64,000 nt of DNA, taken from IMG/VR virus record IMGVR_UViG_3300046816_000078. One strand, 5' to 3'. Numbering within the stretch: position 1 is the stretch's first letter; the number at the start of each line of letters is the position of its first letter. This DNA comes from a virus. The notes under the pieces are model-generated. The model searched no databases. It saw nothing but the letters and a program-made list of their open reading frames with translations, and had not been told where the DNA came from. This document shows positions 16,726 to 27,200 of the stretch, piece by piece. A program made the position numbers and the translations under genes.

Positions 16726-19700
16726 CTATTTCCAGGGCACACTACCGCCGTGCCGTTCGAGATTCGCTAGGCCATCAGAGACAGCCTTAGAGATTTCCCT
16801 ATCGGTGCTGAGTGCGCCGCGTACATTGACATTCACAATCGTAGTACCTCCACCAGAACGCCCGCCAAGACTTCCGCCAGGAACGATAGATTCCCCGCCC
16901 CGAAGGTTAATCAGTTCAGGTCCGTTCTCTCCAACGACCGCCCAACCGGACGGTGCGTGAGAGGTTCCACCAGCGAAATGAGGAACCTTAGATTTAGGCA
17001 CCCTGAAAGCAGTAACCGCTTCGTGAGCAAGACTCTTTCCCAGTCGGCGCATAAGTGCGTGAAGTGATGCTTCCTGTGACTTAAGCCCCTTAGCAATGTT
17101 AACACCGTAAACGGTAAACGCTGCCGTATTTCCTAGACTTGTGGCCGCAGTATTAATCGCGGAAGTCGTCCTATTAACGGACGAAATAGTACCAGCCGTT
17201 GCACCTACGAGCGCAGCCGCATATGCGTAACCTGTATCAGGTCCCATATCGATAATCTGCTGGATAACACCCGCACTTACACCACGCTTCTTAAGCTGGG
17301 TAATCATAGACGCGAAAGCCTTAAGCTTGCTCAGCTTATTACTAAGACCGCCTGCAATACCCAGCCCGGAATTCAGGTCTACGTTAGAAAGAGCGCCAAA
17401 TCCAATAGCATTAGATTTGACGGTGCCTGCGTAAGACTGTGCCGCTGCAAAGTTCTTTTGAAGCGACGTTAGCTGGTTGGCTGCCGCGATCATTGCCTGA
17501 GTCTGCTTATTGACAGAATCGTCAAGATGCCTAGCGGTAGAGCCGCTGTAATACTTGGAGATATCCTTCAAGAATGTAATCTGCGAACTATGCAGTTTTG
17601 CAACTGTCAGTAGATCGCCATGAATGTACTTGAGGTACAGGGAGATACCGGCATTAATTTCTGCCGATGGCGTTCCCTTGGCATATCCGGTCATGCCACC
17701 ATTAGGCACAACTGTTTCGCCGCCGTTGAACAGAACCATTTCAGGTCCGCGTTCACCGACCATAGCCCATCCGGCCGCAGCGCCGCCTGTTCCCATAGCA
17801 TATCCGTGACCAGAACCAAGGCCACCTCCACCACTCATAAGTGAGGGACCGTAAGTATGCTTTGCATAATTGATAGCGGCAGCTACGTTAGCGAGCGGGT
17901 CATAAATGTTGTTACTAGTTCCCGCCACATGGTAAGCCGCAAAAGTTGCACCGATGGTCTGCAACAGGCCACGCGAAGGATCTCCGTGCTGAGCATTAAT
18001 GTCGGTAAGGTTAATGGCATTTGGATTTCCACCAGATTCCGTAGAAATCTGCCGCAATACCTGATTCGCAAGGGATGCAGGCAATCCGTTCAATGCGAGC
18101 GCTTGCAATACTACGCCCATCCACTGACCTACGCCACCGCCTCCACCGCCACCGAATAGCTTAGCAAAGAAACCGCCAATCTTACTACCCAAACTACCCA
18201 AAGCCTTCATAGCCTTAGCGGGCAGATGGGATAGAGCAACCAAACCCTTACCTACAATTGAACCGAGAGCTTCCGGCAATCCGCCAAAGATCTTCCCGAT
18301 AAACTTAGTAGGATCGGCATTAAGAATTCCTCGGAACAGACCGCCGATAAGGTGGCCACCAATTCCCGCCATAACTGTTGACGGAGAATGGATTCCAAAG
18401 AAGCCCTTAACAGCATTGACAATAGGGTCAACCAGATTAGATTTAATCCAGCCACCTACATTCGCCAATGCCTGCTTGATACCATTAAACAGACCGCCGA
18501 TAACATTCCTGCCGACGTTTAGCAGCAAAGTACTAAGGCTGCCAATGGCGTTCAGGATTTTACCGGGTATTGTACGGAAGAAAGCAATGACAGTATTCCA
18601 AACGGACACAATTGTATTCCACATTCGGGTCATTGTGCCCTGCAAGAAGGACCGCATTGCATTCCAGATCTGGATAAACATATTTCGGATGCTATCCCAC
18701 GCTGCGCCCCAACGTCCGGTCAGGAGATTTAGAGCCGTGGTCCATATACCGACAATAATGTCCCATCCGATTTTCACGCTGGTACGGATTATCGCCCATG
18801 CCTGCTCGAAAACCAGCTTAATTACTGCCCAAGCTGTTTGCCAGATCGCTAGTACTACCGATGCGCCAATCTGGAATACTGTTTTGATAATCACCCAACC
18901 GGCTTGTAGTACAGTGGTGATAACTGTCCAAGCAGCCTGGAAGATAGCCTTTACAAGTGGCCAGATTGCGCCCCAGACTCCGAGAATGATAGTCTTTCCA
19001 GTCTGAAATATAATTGCAAGAGCGCCAATGAATCCTTGTGCGGCAAGTACAATACCATTCCAAATGGTTGTGGCAATTTCCTTTATCTTTATCCAGACGC
19101 CACTCCAAACGGCAATAACTGCTTCGCCGTTCTTTGCCCACCAGGCATCGAAATTGGTAGTGATGAAGCTCTTGATACCGTTGAAGATACCAATAACGAA
19201 ATTATAACCGGCCCTGAAAGGCCCGGTAATTGTCGTCCAGAATGCGCTGAGAAATCCAGCTCCGGTTGAAGTAGCGCTCTTTAGCGTGTTCCAAACACTG
19301 TCCCAAATCGTTTCGATCTGGTGTCCAACGTCAATGAAGAATCCGCGAGCGGCGTCAAGACCGATAGATACCGCATGAGGTAGACCACCGATAAGCCAGG
19401 CAGTAACGCGAGTTAGAGAGCCCATCGCGCCCGCCACAAAGCCAGGGATTTTAAGCAGGAAAGCGAGAACGCTGCCCATGCCCTTAATCAAACCAGGGTG
19501 ATCCGTAAAGGCCGAGGCCATACCGTTAATCCCGTTAGCAATTGCGTTAACAATGCCGGGAATCTGCGGGGCGAATCCCTTGAGGAATTCACCAAACGAT
19601 GTAGCCAGCCCCTTAACTGCCGTTACTACAGCAGGCGACGCCATCGAAGTTGCGAGGATTGTACCGACCTGCTGGAATGGTCCAGAGATAGTCTTTTCCG

Positions 19701-20751
19701 CAGTAGCGAATACGGGAGTGAGAGCACTAAGAGTTGTGTTAGCTGTCTTAAAAATGGTGGACATCACGGGAGCGAAAGAAGCACCGATAGTTTGGAGACT
19801 TTTCTTAGCGTTAGTGGCCAGGTTCTTAAATGCTGCCTGAGCCGCTATAGTCTGCTTGCTCATAGGCGGGCCAAGATCAGCGACCTTGCCCTGAGCGGCA
19901 GTCTGCGCCGCACGGGCACTTGCCAACGCGGCCTGAGCCGACGCTAGCTGTGAAGTGGTGGCCTTTCCGCTTGTTTGCAATGCGTTAAGCTTTGCCTGAT
20001 CGGCAATAACCCTGAGCGATGCCGCGTGCAGTAGGTTATTTGCCGCCGCTGCATCCCTTGGATTACTCTGACCAGCACCTAGCCCACCTGCAATTCCCAG
20101 ACCTGCTAGACCTGTACCGAGAGCACCCAGCGCACCGCCAGCGATACCTGTACCGATGAACGGAGCGGCAACAGCCGCAGCGCCAGCGCCTACCGGGCTA
20201 GTCAAAGCCTCAATAGCACCAGCACTAGCACCAGAACCTACACCCGCGATACCCTGGAATGGGCCAGAGAATGCACCGCCACCACCGGAACCGCCACCAC
20301 CGCCACCACGTAGAGCACGCGAAATAAAGTTACTGCTTTGATCAGTCCTAACCTTGACAGTAGCGGTAGCAGTTTTCCCGTTAACCTTATCCAGTGCTGC
20401 GTTAATGCGATAAATACCCAGCAGCGTGCTATCGAGTCCCTGTAGTTCAACGCCGGGACGAGCCATATATTTGTTAAGCTTGTCGAGACGAATGTCGATA
20501 GCCAGAAGCTTCGCCTTAGCCGCATTGTCGTTCGCGTCAACAGCGAATTCGGCACGCCTTTTGTTAAGCGCATCGACTTCGGCCTTGACCTTATCCATCG
20601 TGATATTGGCGGGCTTATCATCGGCATCAATGGGGATAGTAACAGGCTTAGATAGATCCTTCTTCTTAAGAGAGAGCTTATCCATAATGCCCGAGACGGA
20701 CTTATCTCCCTGCATAAAGAAGCGGAGAACTACGTTTGCTTGTGTAGTCAT
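16726..20751 (-). CDS. Tape measure protein with lytic transglycosylase motif
   Basis: 1341 aa with Gly-rich and helical repeats. ISTESGGNPNAIN...GLLQTIGATF is an SLT-like motif. Duplicated GWAxVGExGPE motifs. Lies downstream of the chaperone frameshift. Confidence 0.9.
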   Translation of the reverse strand: MTTQANVVLRFFMQGDKSVSGIMDKLSLKKKDLSKPVTIPIDADDKPANITMDKVKAEVDALNKRRAEFAVDANDNAAKAKLLAIDIRLDKLNKYMARPGVELQGLDSTLLGIYRINAALDKVNGKTATATVKVRTDQSSNFISRALRGGGGGGSGGGGAFSGPFQGIAGVGSGASAGAIEALTSPVGAGAAAVAAPFIGTGIAGGALGALGTGLAGLGIAGGLGAGQSNPRDAAAANNLLHAASLRVIADQAKLNALQTSGKATTSQLASAQAALASARAAQTAAQGKVADLGPPMSKQTIAAQAAFKNLATNAKKSLQTIGASFAPVMSTIFKTANTTLSALTPVFATAEKTISGPFQQVGTILATSMASPAVVTAVKGLATSFGEFLKGFAPQIPGIVNAIANGINGMASAFTDHPGLIKGMGSVLAFLLKIPGFVAGAMGSLTRVTAWLIGGLPHAVSIGLDAARGFFIDVGHQIETIWDSVWNTLKSATSTGAGFLSAFWTTITGPFRAGYNFVIGIFNGIKSFITTNFDAWWAKNGEAVIAVWSGVWIKIKEIATTIWNGIVLAAQGFIGALAIIFQTGKTIILGVWGAIWPLVKAIFQAAWTVITTVLQAGWVIIKTVFQIGASVVLAIWQTAWAVIKLVFEQAWAIIRTSVKIGWDIIVGIWTTALNLLTGRWGAAWDSIRNMFIQIWNAMRSFLQGTMTRMWNTIVSVWNTVIAFFRTIPGKILNAIGSLSTLLLNVGRNVIGGLFNGIKQALANVGGWIKSNLVDPIVNAVKGFFGIHSPSTVMAGIGGHLIGGLFRGILNADPTKFIGKIFGGLPEALGSIVGKGLVALSHLPAKAMKALGSLGSKIGGFFAKLFGGGGGGGVGQWMGVVLQALALNGLPASLANQVLRQISTESGGNPNAINLTDINAQHGDPSRGLLQTIGATFAAYHVAGTSNNIYDPLANVAAAINYAKHTYGPSLMSGGGGLGSGHGYAMGTGGAAAGWAMVGERGPEMVLFNGGETVVPNGGMTGYAKGTPSAEINAGISLYLKYIHGDLLTVAKLHSSQITFLKDISKYYSGSTARHLDDSVNKQTQAMIAAANQLTSLQKNFAAAQSYAGTVKSNAIGFGALSNVDLNSGLGIAGGLSNKLSKLKAFASMITQLKKRGVSAGVIQQIIDMGPDTGYAYAAALVGATAGTISSVNRTTSAINTAATSLGNTAAFTVYGVNIAKGLKSQEASLHALMRRLGKSLAHEAVTAFRVPKSKVPHFAGGTSHAPSGWAVVGENGPELINLRGGESIVPGGSLGGRSGGGTTIVNVNVRGALSTDREISKAVSDGLANLERHGGSVPWK

Positions 20752-20769
20752 GTTACTTCCCTGCTTCCC

Positions 20770-21120
20770 TTATCCCAGTTTATCTTTTGCCAGATCTTCG
20801 ATCCATGCCGCCATCTGCTGTTCCATGTCAGACTGCGTATCGCGCCAAGCCCACGTCATATAAGGCCGCTTAGGCGTAGGTGCCCAGTGCCTTTCACCAC
20901 CAGCCGTCTGACTCGGGTAGTTAAGCGGGTGACGAATGCCGCCCTGAAATGCGCGGGACTGCGGAGCAATAGCACTTTCCGTCTGCACGGATACCCTAGT
21001 GCCCTCGACCACTACGTGAGTAGCGCGGGGCATTCGGGTTGACCATACGCCAGAATAGCGGCGAGCAGCCCTAGCGGTAATCTCCGCACCGGCCTTAACA
21101 TATTCTACTAGGGTTTTCAT
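20770..21120 (-). CDS. Hypothetical protein between chaperone and tape measure
   Basis: 116-aa ORF. Its ATG overlaps the stop of the frameshift-extended chaperone (ATGA). Confidence 0.55.
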   Translation of the reverse strand: MKTLVEYVKAGAEITARAARRYSGVWSTRMPRATHVVVEGTRVSVQTESAIAPQSRAFQGGIRHPLNYPSQTAGGERHWAPTPKRPYMTWAWRDTQSDMEQQMAAWIEDLAKDKLG

Positions 21121-21616
21121 TTCTGCTTTTTAGCCTCTCGTCGCTGTGCGTCAACCTGATATGTCATCCCGAAGAAGACGTTAGCGGGCAGCTCCCAGAT
21201 ATCCAGAACATTAATTCCGAATAGGGACCAGATGTCGGCCGCGTAACTGAGAACCTGGGCCTCTAGCCCACCCTTTTTTAGAGGCCATTCACGATCTCTA
21301 CTTTTGGGTCCTCATCCGCGTCTTCTTCTACGGCTGCCAGTTCCTTAAGCTCCTGCTCGGTAGCTTCCATTGTGAACTTAGTAAAGTCCAGATCTACATC
21401 GTCAAAGGGAATGCTAATCTTATCCCGCTTGTGCAGTACGTAGATCAAAGCCGCAAGAGCCTCGGGATCGCCCTCATCGCCAGCTTCGGCAAAGGCTTTC
21501 TGACCCATGCCGGTAAGCTTCTTAATCACTCTCAGCTCTTTAAGAGTCATAGACTCGAAAAGCCACTGATGATCAATGTCGCAATTCAGGCAATCCCTGA
21601 TTGTTACTAGAGGCAT
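21117..21616 (-). CDS. Tail assembly chaperone, -1 frameshift-extended (G-T-like) form
   Basis: The -1 frame opens just upstream of the CCCAAAA site and stays open about 62 codons (..WPLKKGGLEAQVLSYAADIWSLFGINVLDIWELPANVFFGMTYQVDAQRREAKKQK) to TGA at 21117. Confidence 0.65.
21278..21616 (-). CDS. Tail assembly chaperone (short, G-like form)
   Basis: 112-aa acidic protein immediately downstream of the major tail protein. Carries a slippery heptamer near its 3' end. Confidence 0.75.
   Translation of the reverse strand: MPLVTIRDCLNCDIDHQWLFESMTLKELRVIKKLTGMGQKAFAEAGDEGDPEALAALIYVLHKRDKISIPFDDVDLDFTKFTMEATEQELKELAAVEEDADEDPKVEIVNGL
21302..21308 (-). other. Programmed -1 ribosomal frameshift slippery heptamer C CCA AAA
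   Basis: Minus strand GA C CCA AAA GTA in the zero frame, an X XXY YYZ pattern. Canonical position is 8 codons before the G-form stop. Confidence 0.65.
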
Positions 21617-21637
21617 AACCTCGTAGTCCTTTCTGGT

Positions 21638-22681
21638 TTACAGTGTCGTATCAGTGCTGACAATATGAATCTGAATGGGCGGGTTAGTGCCGTCGTCAGG
21701 ATCATAAACCATGAATTCTCCCGAGACAGATACCAGGCCGGGACCTGAAACAACAGCAGGTGCCTTAGTAATCTTCACGGTCGGTAGATGGATTTCCAGC
21801 GTATAGGGAGTAGTGCCCTCAATAAAGGTGGGGCTAGTTGACTTAATGTGCATTCCGGTAGTAGTACCCGCCCGGAAAGCCGACTGGAATTCAGATTCGT
21901 TATACTCCGCGTCAAACGTTCCGGTAATACCCGTAAAGTCTACCTGGAATTGTTCCTTCTTAGTTCCCGCATTTCCCAATCCGAACCGATCGGTTGACAG
22001 CGTATTCTTACCCGCAAGGGAAAGCTTACTGACTACCGACGTTACCGCAGTAGCGCTCGCTACCGTGGTTTTACCCGCAGCAGTACTAAAGGTTCCGCCC
22101 AGTTCAAACAGAGATACGTGACCAAAGTTGAACAGCGGGTTATTCGTAAGATACGAAGCCGCCGAAAGAGCAGGAGTGGTTGCTTCATTCCATGCGTCAA
22201 CCGACATAGAAAGCAGGGTGTTAGCATTATCCGCAAAGGTAATATCCCAGTCGGTAACCTTACAGCCATTGTAGTTAAACGGCTGGACAGTTCCCGAAAT
22301 AGGTTCTGGCTTACCAAGCTGGACTGAGAAGGATTTACCGCGAAGACCACCGGGAGTGAAATATCCCTCAAAGGCAAGAGTGCCGGTAGGGACAACCGCG
22401 AGAGTCTGAGTAGAACCCAGAACATGCTGCATCCACCAAGACATACCCTTGAACATGAATGGCAGTTCCATCTTACCCGTTGCGGACCTTCGGGAAATAG
22501 CGACCTGGTTAACAGACTTGAAAGTCTTAGTCGCCCGGATTCCGGTACCTTCCAGATAGGTCGGTTCAAAAGCCAGTTCTGCGGTATCGAACGTGAAGAA
22601 GTGGTCGGGTGCAACAACTGTACCAACTGTAGTTTCAGTCTTAGTACCTAGCTGGGCATCAAGCCCTGATCCGGTCGCCAT
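21638..22681 (-). CDS. Major tail protein
   Basis: 347 aa, beta-rich, directly upstream of the chaperone pair. Confidence 0.7.
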   Translation of the reverse strand: MATGSGLDAQLGTKTETTVGTVVAPDHFFTFDTAELAFEPTYLEGTGIRATKTFKSVNQVAISRRSATGKMELPFMFKGMSWWMQHVLGSTQTLAVVPTGTLAFEGYFTPGGLRGKSFSVQLGKPEPISGTVQPFNYNGCKVTDWDITFADNANTLLSMSVDAWNEATTPALSAASYLTNNPLFNFGHVSLFELGGTFSTAAGKTTVASATAVTSVVSKLSLAGKNTLSTDRFGLGNAGTKKEQFQVDFTGITGTFDAEYNESEFQSAFRAGTTTGMHIKSTSPTFIEGTTPYTLEIHLPTVKITKAPAVVSGPGLVSVSGEFMVYDPDDGTNPPIQIHIVSTDTTL

Positions 22682-22905
22682 TATTCACCACTCTTTTCGT
22701 CATTCTTATTGGTACTTGTGTCGGCAGTGCTGGCCTTGGACTGAGCCTTAGCAGCACCATCAGCCCAGTTTTCTTCGGGCCATGAAAGGGAGTTAGCCAG
22801 GTCGTCGGGAACCGCGATTGAATCGCCAGTTTCGACGTAACCAAAATCTTCGCCGCCGAGAATGACCGAAACCGGACTCTGGTGGCCGATGTAACGCTTA
22901 AGCAT
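22681..22905 (-). CDS. Hypothetical protein (head-tail region)
   Basis: 74-aa ORF with a TAATG overlap with the major tail gene. Confidence 0.5.
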   Translation of the reverse strand: MLKRYIGHQSPVSVILGGEDFGYVETGDSIAVPDDLANSLSWPEENWADGAAKAQSKASTADTSTNKNDEKSGE

Positions 22906-22917
22906 TATGTAAATCCT

Positions 22918-23394
22918 TTACGATAGATTGGCGCGAACAGTAATAACAAATTGCATCTGTACCACCGCACCACCAGGTACATTCAATGATCGTGTATCGA
23001 CAACATCCGAAACTAGGGCGTTCCAGGTATCGAGCGTGCCGGGATGAAAACCAATATTTGTAGCTACGTTATTAATAACGCTAACTGCCAAACCTCGCGC
23101 TGCTGCAATTGTGGTACTCTTTCCAACTGCCACACAATTGATGTTCATATCTTCTTCGCGAATTCTTCCGCCCAGACCCTTGTAAACCTGACTCATGTTT
23201 GCGGCATTAACCGGAGGGGCTTCCTCGCCAGTTTCCAAGGGCGATTCTGCCCCGATGGCTACAAACTGGAATTGATCCCTGTCAGGCATACTCGTCGGCG
23301 GCCCGTCAAATACCGGATAGCTTAGTGCTGCCGTAAGAGTCGCAACAATCCAGACAATTACATCATCGATAGCCGTAGAATGCGTTGAGGGCAT
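22918..23394 (-). CDS. Putative tail terminator / neck protein
   Basis: 158-aa ORF. Call is based on its position between the connector and the major tail protein only. Confidence 0.45.
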   Translation of the reverse strand: MPSTHSTAIDDVIVWIVATLTAALSYPVFDGPPTSMPDRDQFQFVAIGAESPLETGEEAPPVNAANMSQVYKGLGGRIREEDMNINCVAVGKSTTIAAARGLAVSVINNVATNIGFHPGTLDTWNALVSDVVDTRSLNVPGGAVVQMQFVITVRANLS

Positions 23395-24233
23395 TAGCGG
23401 AACCCCGGCCTTTCCTCACCCGACAACATCGCCATAGCGTGCGGCGGGATCTTATATGTATTAACCAGGATTTCCCAGTTAGCAGTAGCGTTTGGTCCGG
23501 GCTCAAGCTGGTCCGCACCATAAGGCCGCTGAGTCGCCCACATATCGTAGCAAATCTCAAGCGCGGCAAGCTGAATCTTCTGTGAAATCACCGCTCGCCC
23601 TGCCGTGAATGTAGCTTTCCACGGTCCGTAATAGAACGGCTGATAGGAAGCTAGCTCGACGGTGGCACTATCGGGGTAAACGACGAAATCGTTATTAGCC
23701 TGAGTCCACGTAGGCCCGTTCAATCGAACAGAACTAATCGAAGTAATAGACGTTTCACTAAGCAGCGGACCGTGAGGCAGCTTCAATACCATCGAAGTAT
23801 ATCCACCGGGAACCCTTTCGTTAGTAAAGGTTCTGATGACACAAACTCCCACCACTTCTTCAACCAGTTCCGTTACTGCCATCATCACCTGACGAAGCAG
23901 AGATTCCTTTTCGTTAGATGTACTAGAGCCGTAATTGATGAACGTCTTAACGTCATCGATACTTACGATAGACCTGAATGCTACAACGGGAACGTAGTCG
24001 GTCTTGGAGGTAGATGGTCCTGTCGAAACCCACTGAAATTTATACAGCCCTTCCAGCGCCAATGTGTAATCGACGTGGTAGTGACCTAGGCTGTCATGCG
24101 TAACGCTTGGCGTTGCAGTAGTTTGATTGGGCAAGGTAACGGTGAGCACAACCGTAGCATCGATATAGTTCCCGTTTACGTCCGTTAGAACAAATGTGGA
24201 AGTATAGGATTCTCCCATTTCGATCGCTGCCAT
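23394..24233 (-). CDS. Putative head-tail connector/adaptor with N-terminal Ig-like domain
   Basis: 279 aa. The central SIDDVKTFINYGSS...LLRQVMMAVTELVE resembles gp6-like head-tail connector sequences. Assigned by synteny. Confidence 0.5.
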   Translation of the reverse strand: MAAIEMGESYTSTFVLTDVNGNYIDATVVLTVTLPNQTTATPSVTHDSLGHYHVDYTLALEGLYKFQWVSTGPSTSKTDYVPVVAFRSIVSIDDVKTFINYGSSTSNEKESLLRQVMMAVTELVEEVVGVCVIRTFTNERVPGGYTSMVLKLPHGPLLSETSITSISSVRLNGPTWTQANNDFVVYPDSATVELASYQPFYYGPWKATFTAGRAVISQKIQLAALEICYDMWATQRPYGADQLEPGPNATANWEILVNTYKIPPHAMAMLSGEERPGFR

Positions 24234-27200
24234 TATGTCTCACCCGCTACCTTACTCGATGTCTTAGATTTACCGGACACAGCGCCCCTTGCCTTATCTG
24301 TTTCGGTCACGGTCGTATGGGATTTAGCACCGTGGGTTACAGTCGCGCCCTTTTCACCGCTGCCTGCAACAATGGCGTGGTAAGGGTGAATAACTCCTAG
24401 CGTGCCAGTTCCGAACGCTAGTGAAATCGCGGAGATTTGAGGCTTCTTAGCCCTCGAACTACCAGAGCCCAAGAATTGCTGAGATCCCGTAGCAAGCAAC
24501 GTAGCCTTTTTGACGATAACGCCGCCAGCACCAGACCAGGATTCGCTACCCGTACCGTTAGGCGCAGGCTTCTTAGCTGTTACCGAACCAGTTCCGGCCA
24601 GCCCACCCGCGTTGCCTGTTCCGTTAGCAGCAGGCTTCTTAGCCCTGCTACTTCCAGTTGCAGTAAACTGCTCGACGCCTGTACCATTAGCGGCTGGCTT
24701 CTTAACAGAGGTAGAACCGCTACCAATAGCTCCCGCCAAACCTGTACCGCTTGCGCTAGGCTTTTTAACCGTCGCGCTGCCAGTAGCAGAGTTGCCCGGA
24801 ATCGAGCCAGTGCCCGAAATCGCAGGCTTCTTCGCGTTAACGGCTGCGGTAGCCGTGTAGACTTCGACGCCAGCACCAGAAACACTAGTCTTTTTACAAG
24901 TAATCTGGCCGGTACCCGTCAATCCTGCGGGAGTGTTAGTCCCGGTACCGCTCGCAGCAGTTTTCTTGATAGAACTACTACCGTTTGCGGTGAAGGTTTC
25001 GACGCCGGTACCAGATGCAGCGGGCTTTTTGAGAGCCGAACTGCCAGAACCATAGAAGTTTGTACCTGTTCCAGAAGCGCTAGGCTTCTTAACGTTAGAC
25101 GAACCTGTCGCCGTAAACGTTTCGACGCCAGTTCCAGATGCGGCAGGCTTCTTAACAGAAGAACTGCCAGTAGCCGAAATGCCTGGAATTGAACCAGTAC
25201 CATTAGCCGCAGGCTTCTTAACGCTAGAACTTCCCGAACCGTTAAAGTTCGTTCCCGTTCCATTGGCCGCAGGCTTCTTGACGTTACTCGAACCAGTAGC
25301 AGTAAATGTCTCTGTACCAGATCCGCTAGCCGCAGGCTTCTTAACAGCACTACTGCCAGTAGCCCAGAAGTTAGTCCCAGTACCAGAAGCGCTAGGCTTC
25401 TTAGCACGCGGAGCACCCGTAGCTGTGAATACTTCTACGCCTGTTCCATTAGCCGCAGGCTTCTTAACGCTAGAACTACCAGAGCCCCAGAAGTTTGTTC
25501 CAGTTCCGGCTGCTGCTGGCTTCTTAACGTTCGATGAACCTGTTGCAGTAAATGTCTCGGTACCGCTACCAGATGCGGCAGGCTTCTTAAGTGAAGAACT
25601 TCCAGTAGCCCAGAAGTTTGTACCTGTTCCATTAGCTGCTGGCTTCTTAGCGCGAGGTGCGCCAGTAGCCAGGAATTGCTCAGTGCCGGTACCCGATGCA
25701 ACCATTTTCTTAACAGTGCTGCTGCCCGAACCGTTAAAGTTCGTGCCTATTCCTGCCGCTGCTGGTTTCTTAGCGAGTGATGAACCTGTCGCTAGGAATT
25801 GCTCGGTACCACTACCAGAAGCGCTAGGCTTCTTGGCAGATGGTGCGCCCGTAGCGGAGAATTGCTCTGTACCAGAGCCATTAGCGCTAGGCTTCTTACA
25901 CTGTACTGAACCAGATCCAGAAGCTCCTGATGCGGGCAGCGTTACAGTCGTATCCAGCTTTATCGGATAGGGACTTGACGTTGTATCCGTATACAAAATA
26001 GGCAATGCATCAGCGAGTCTATCTTGCGTCTGAGATATTGCGGGCACATGAGGCCACCTAGGATTAGATGAACCGCCACCCGCAACTAGAGTTGTGCTGC
26101 CACTCGCTGACGTAAACGGAGATACAAGCGTGGCATACTTAAGGTTGCCCGATGCAACAGCATCGGTCCAAAGTACCCAAACCTTGTTAGACACATCTAC
26201 CGCAAGTGCGATATCTACGGGAGCTGTTGATGATCCGGCAGAATCTACGATAACGCGAGTTGCAAAACTCATCGTAGGCGGGGAACCAGCCGACCAGGTA
26301 CCGTGCCAGTAAGTTACGCCGAACCAGGTAGGACCGCCCGAATTCTGGCAGGCCCTCGATACGTGAACATCGCCGGTATTCTCATTGATTACAATTTGAG
26401 GACCACCGAAGCCACCGGCATCCGAAAACTGATCGAAGACAGTCCTTCCGCCCCAGTTAGCCAGGGCCGGTGTGGACGAATCAGAAAGTGCGGCATAGTG
26501 CAACTGAGAATTAGCGCCGTAAACGACAACAGTTCCGCCCAGTGCAGTACTATGACGTGCAGCCACCTGGACAATAGTTGACCAAGTAGCCGATTCAGAG
26601 AACGTTGCTGTCGTAGCCCATCCGGTAGTAGCAGTCTTATCGGTAGTGTAAGAATAGGATATCCGGTCTGTGCCCGAAATCCCATCCCACCAGAACACGA
26701 TAACATACGTACCATTATAGACGATAGTGCTCTGAATGGTGGCCGCGTTAGTGGTACCGGCAATTAGCGTTGCGGTATCCCATGTAAAAGTAGACCCGTT
26801 ATACGTACCATGCCGTACATGCAAGGCAGGTCCCGCGCCACCGGATGCATCATCATAAGAACTGGAAATCCAGATATCAGATGAGGTTCCCGACGAGTTA
26901 TCCGTCCAGATACTAATAGCGTCTTCGGCGGTCGTGATAAGGTTGGTAGTGACAGGTGCAGTTAGCGGATTAGTAACCTGCGCTATCTGCCCCGTCGTGC
27001 CATTCCAGTAACCGATAATCGCAGAACCATCGAATAGGTACGCGATCTTATCCGCAGAGGGACGCTGCAAAGCCTTAGCCGACGTACTTGTAGCCAGCGG
27101 ACCGGGAATAGATCCCGAACCAGAAGCGCTAGGCTTCTTAACAGTCGCGCTGCCAGTGCCCGTAATAGGAACAACAACTAGTGTATTAGAATAACCAGCA

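Noticed and set aside
24437-25970. Many long alternative-frame and plus-strand ORFs in the track (for example 25179-25970 at 263 aa, 24437-25192 at 251 aa, 24919-25416 at 165 aa).
   Set aside because: They lie entirely within the ~60-nt tandem DNA repeats of the 1236-aa gene. Their translations are themselves periodic (PVPLAAGFL...) and they lack SD sites, so they are by-products of repeat periodicity.
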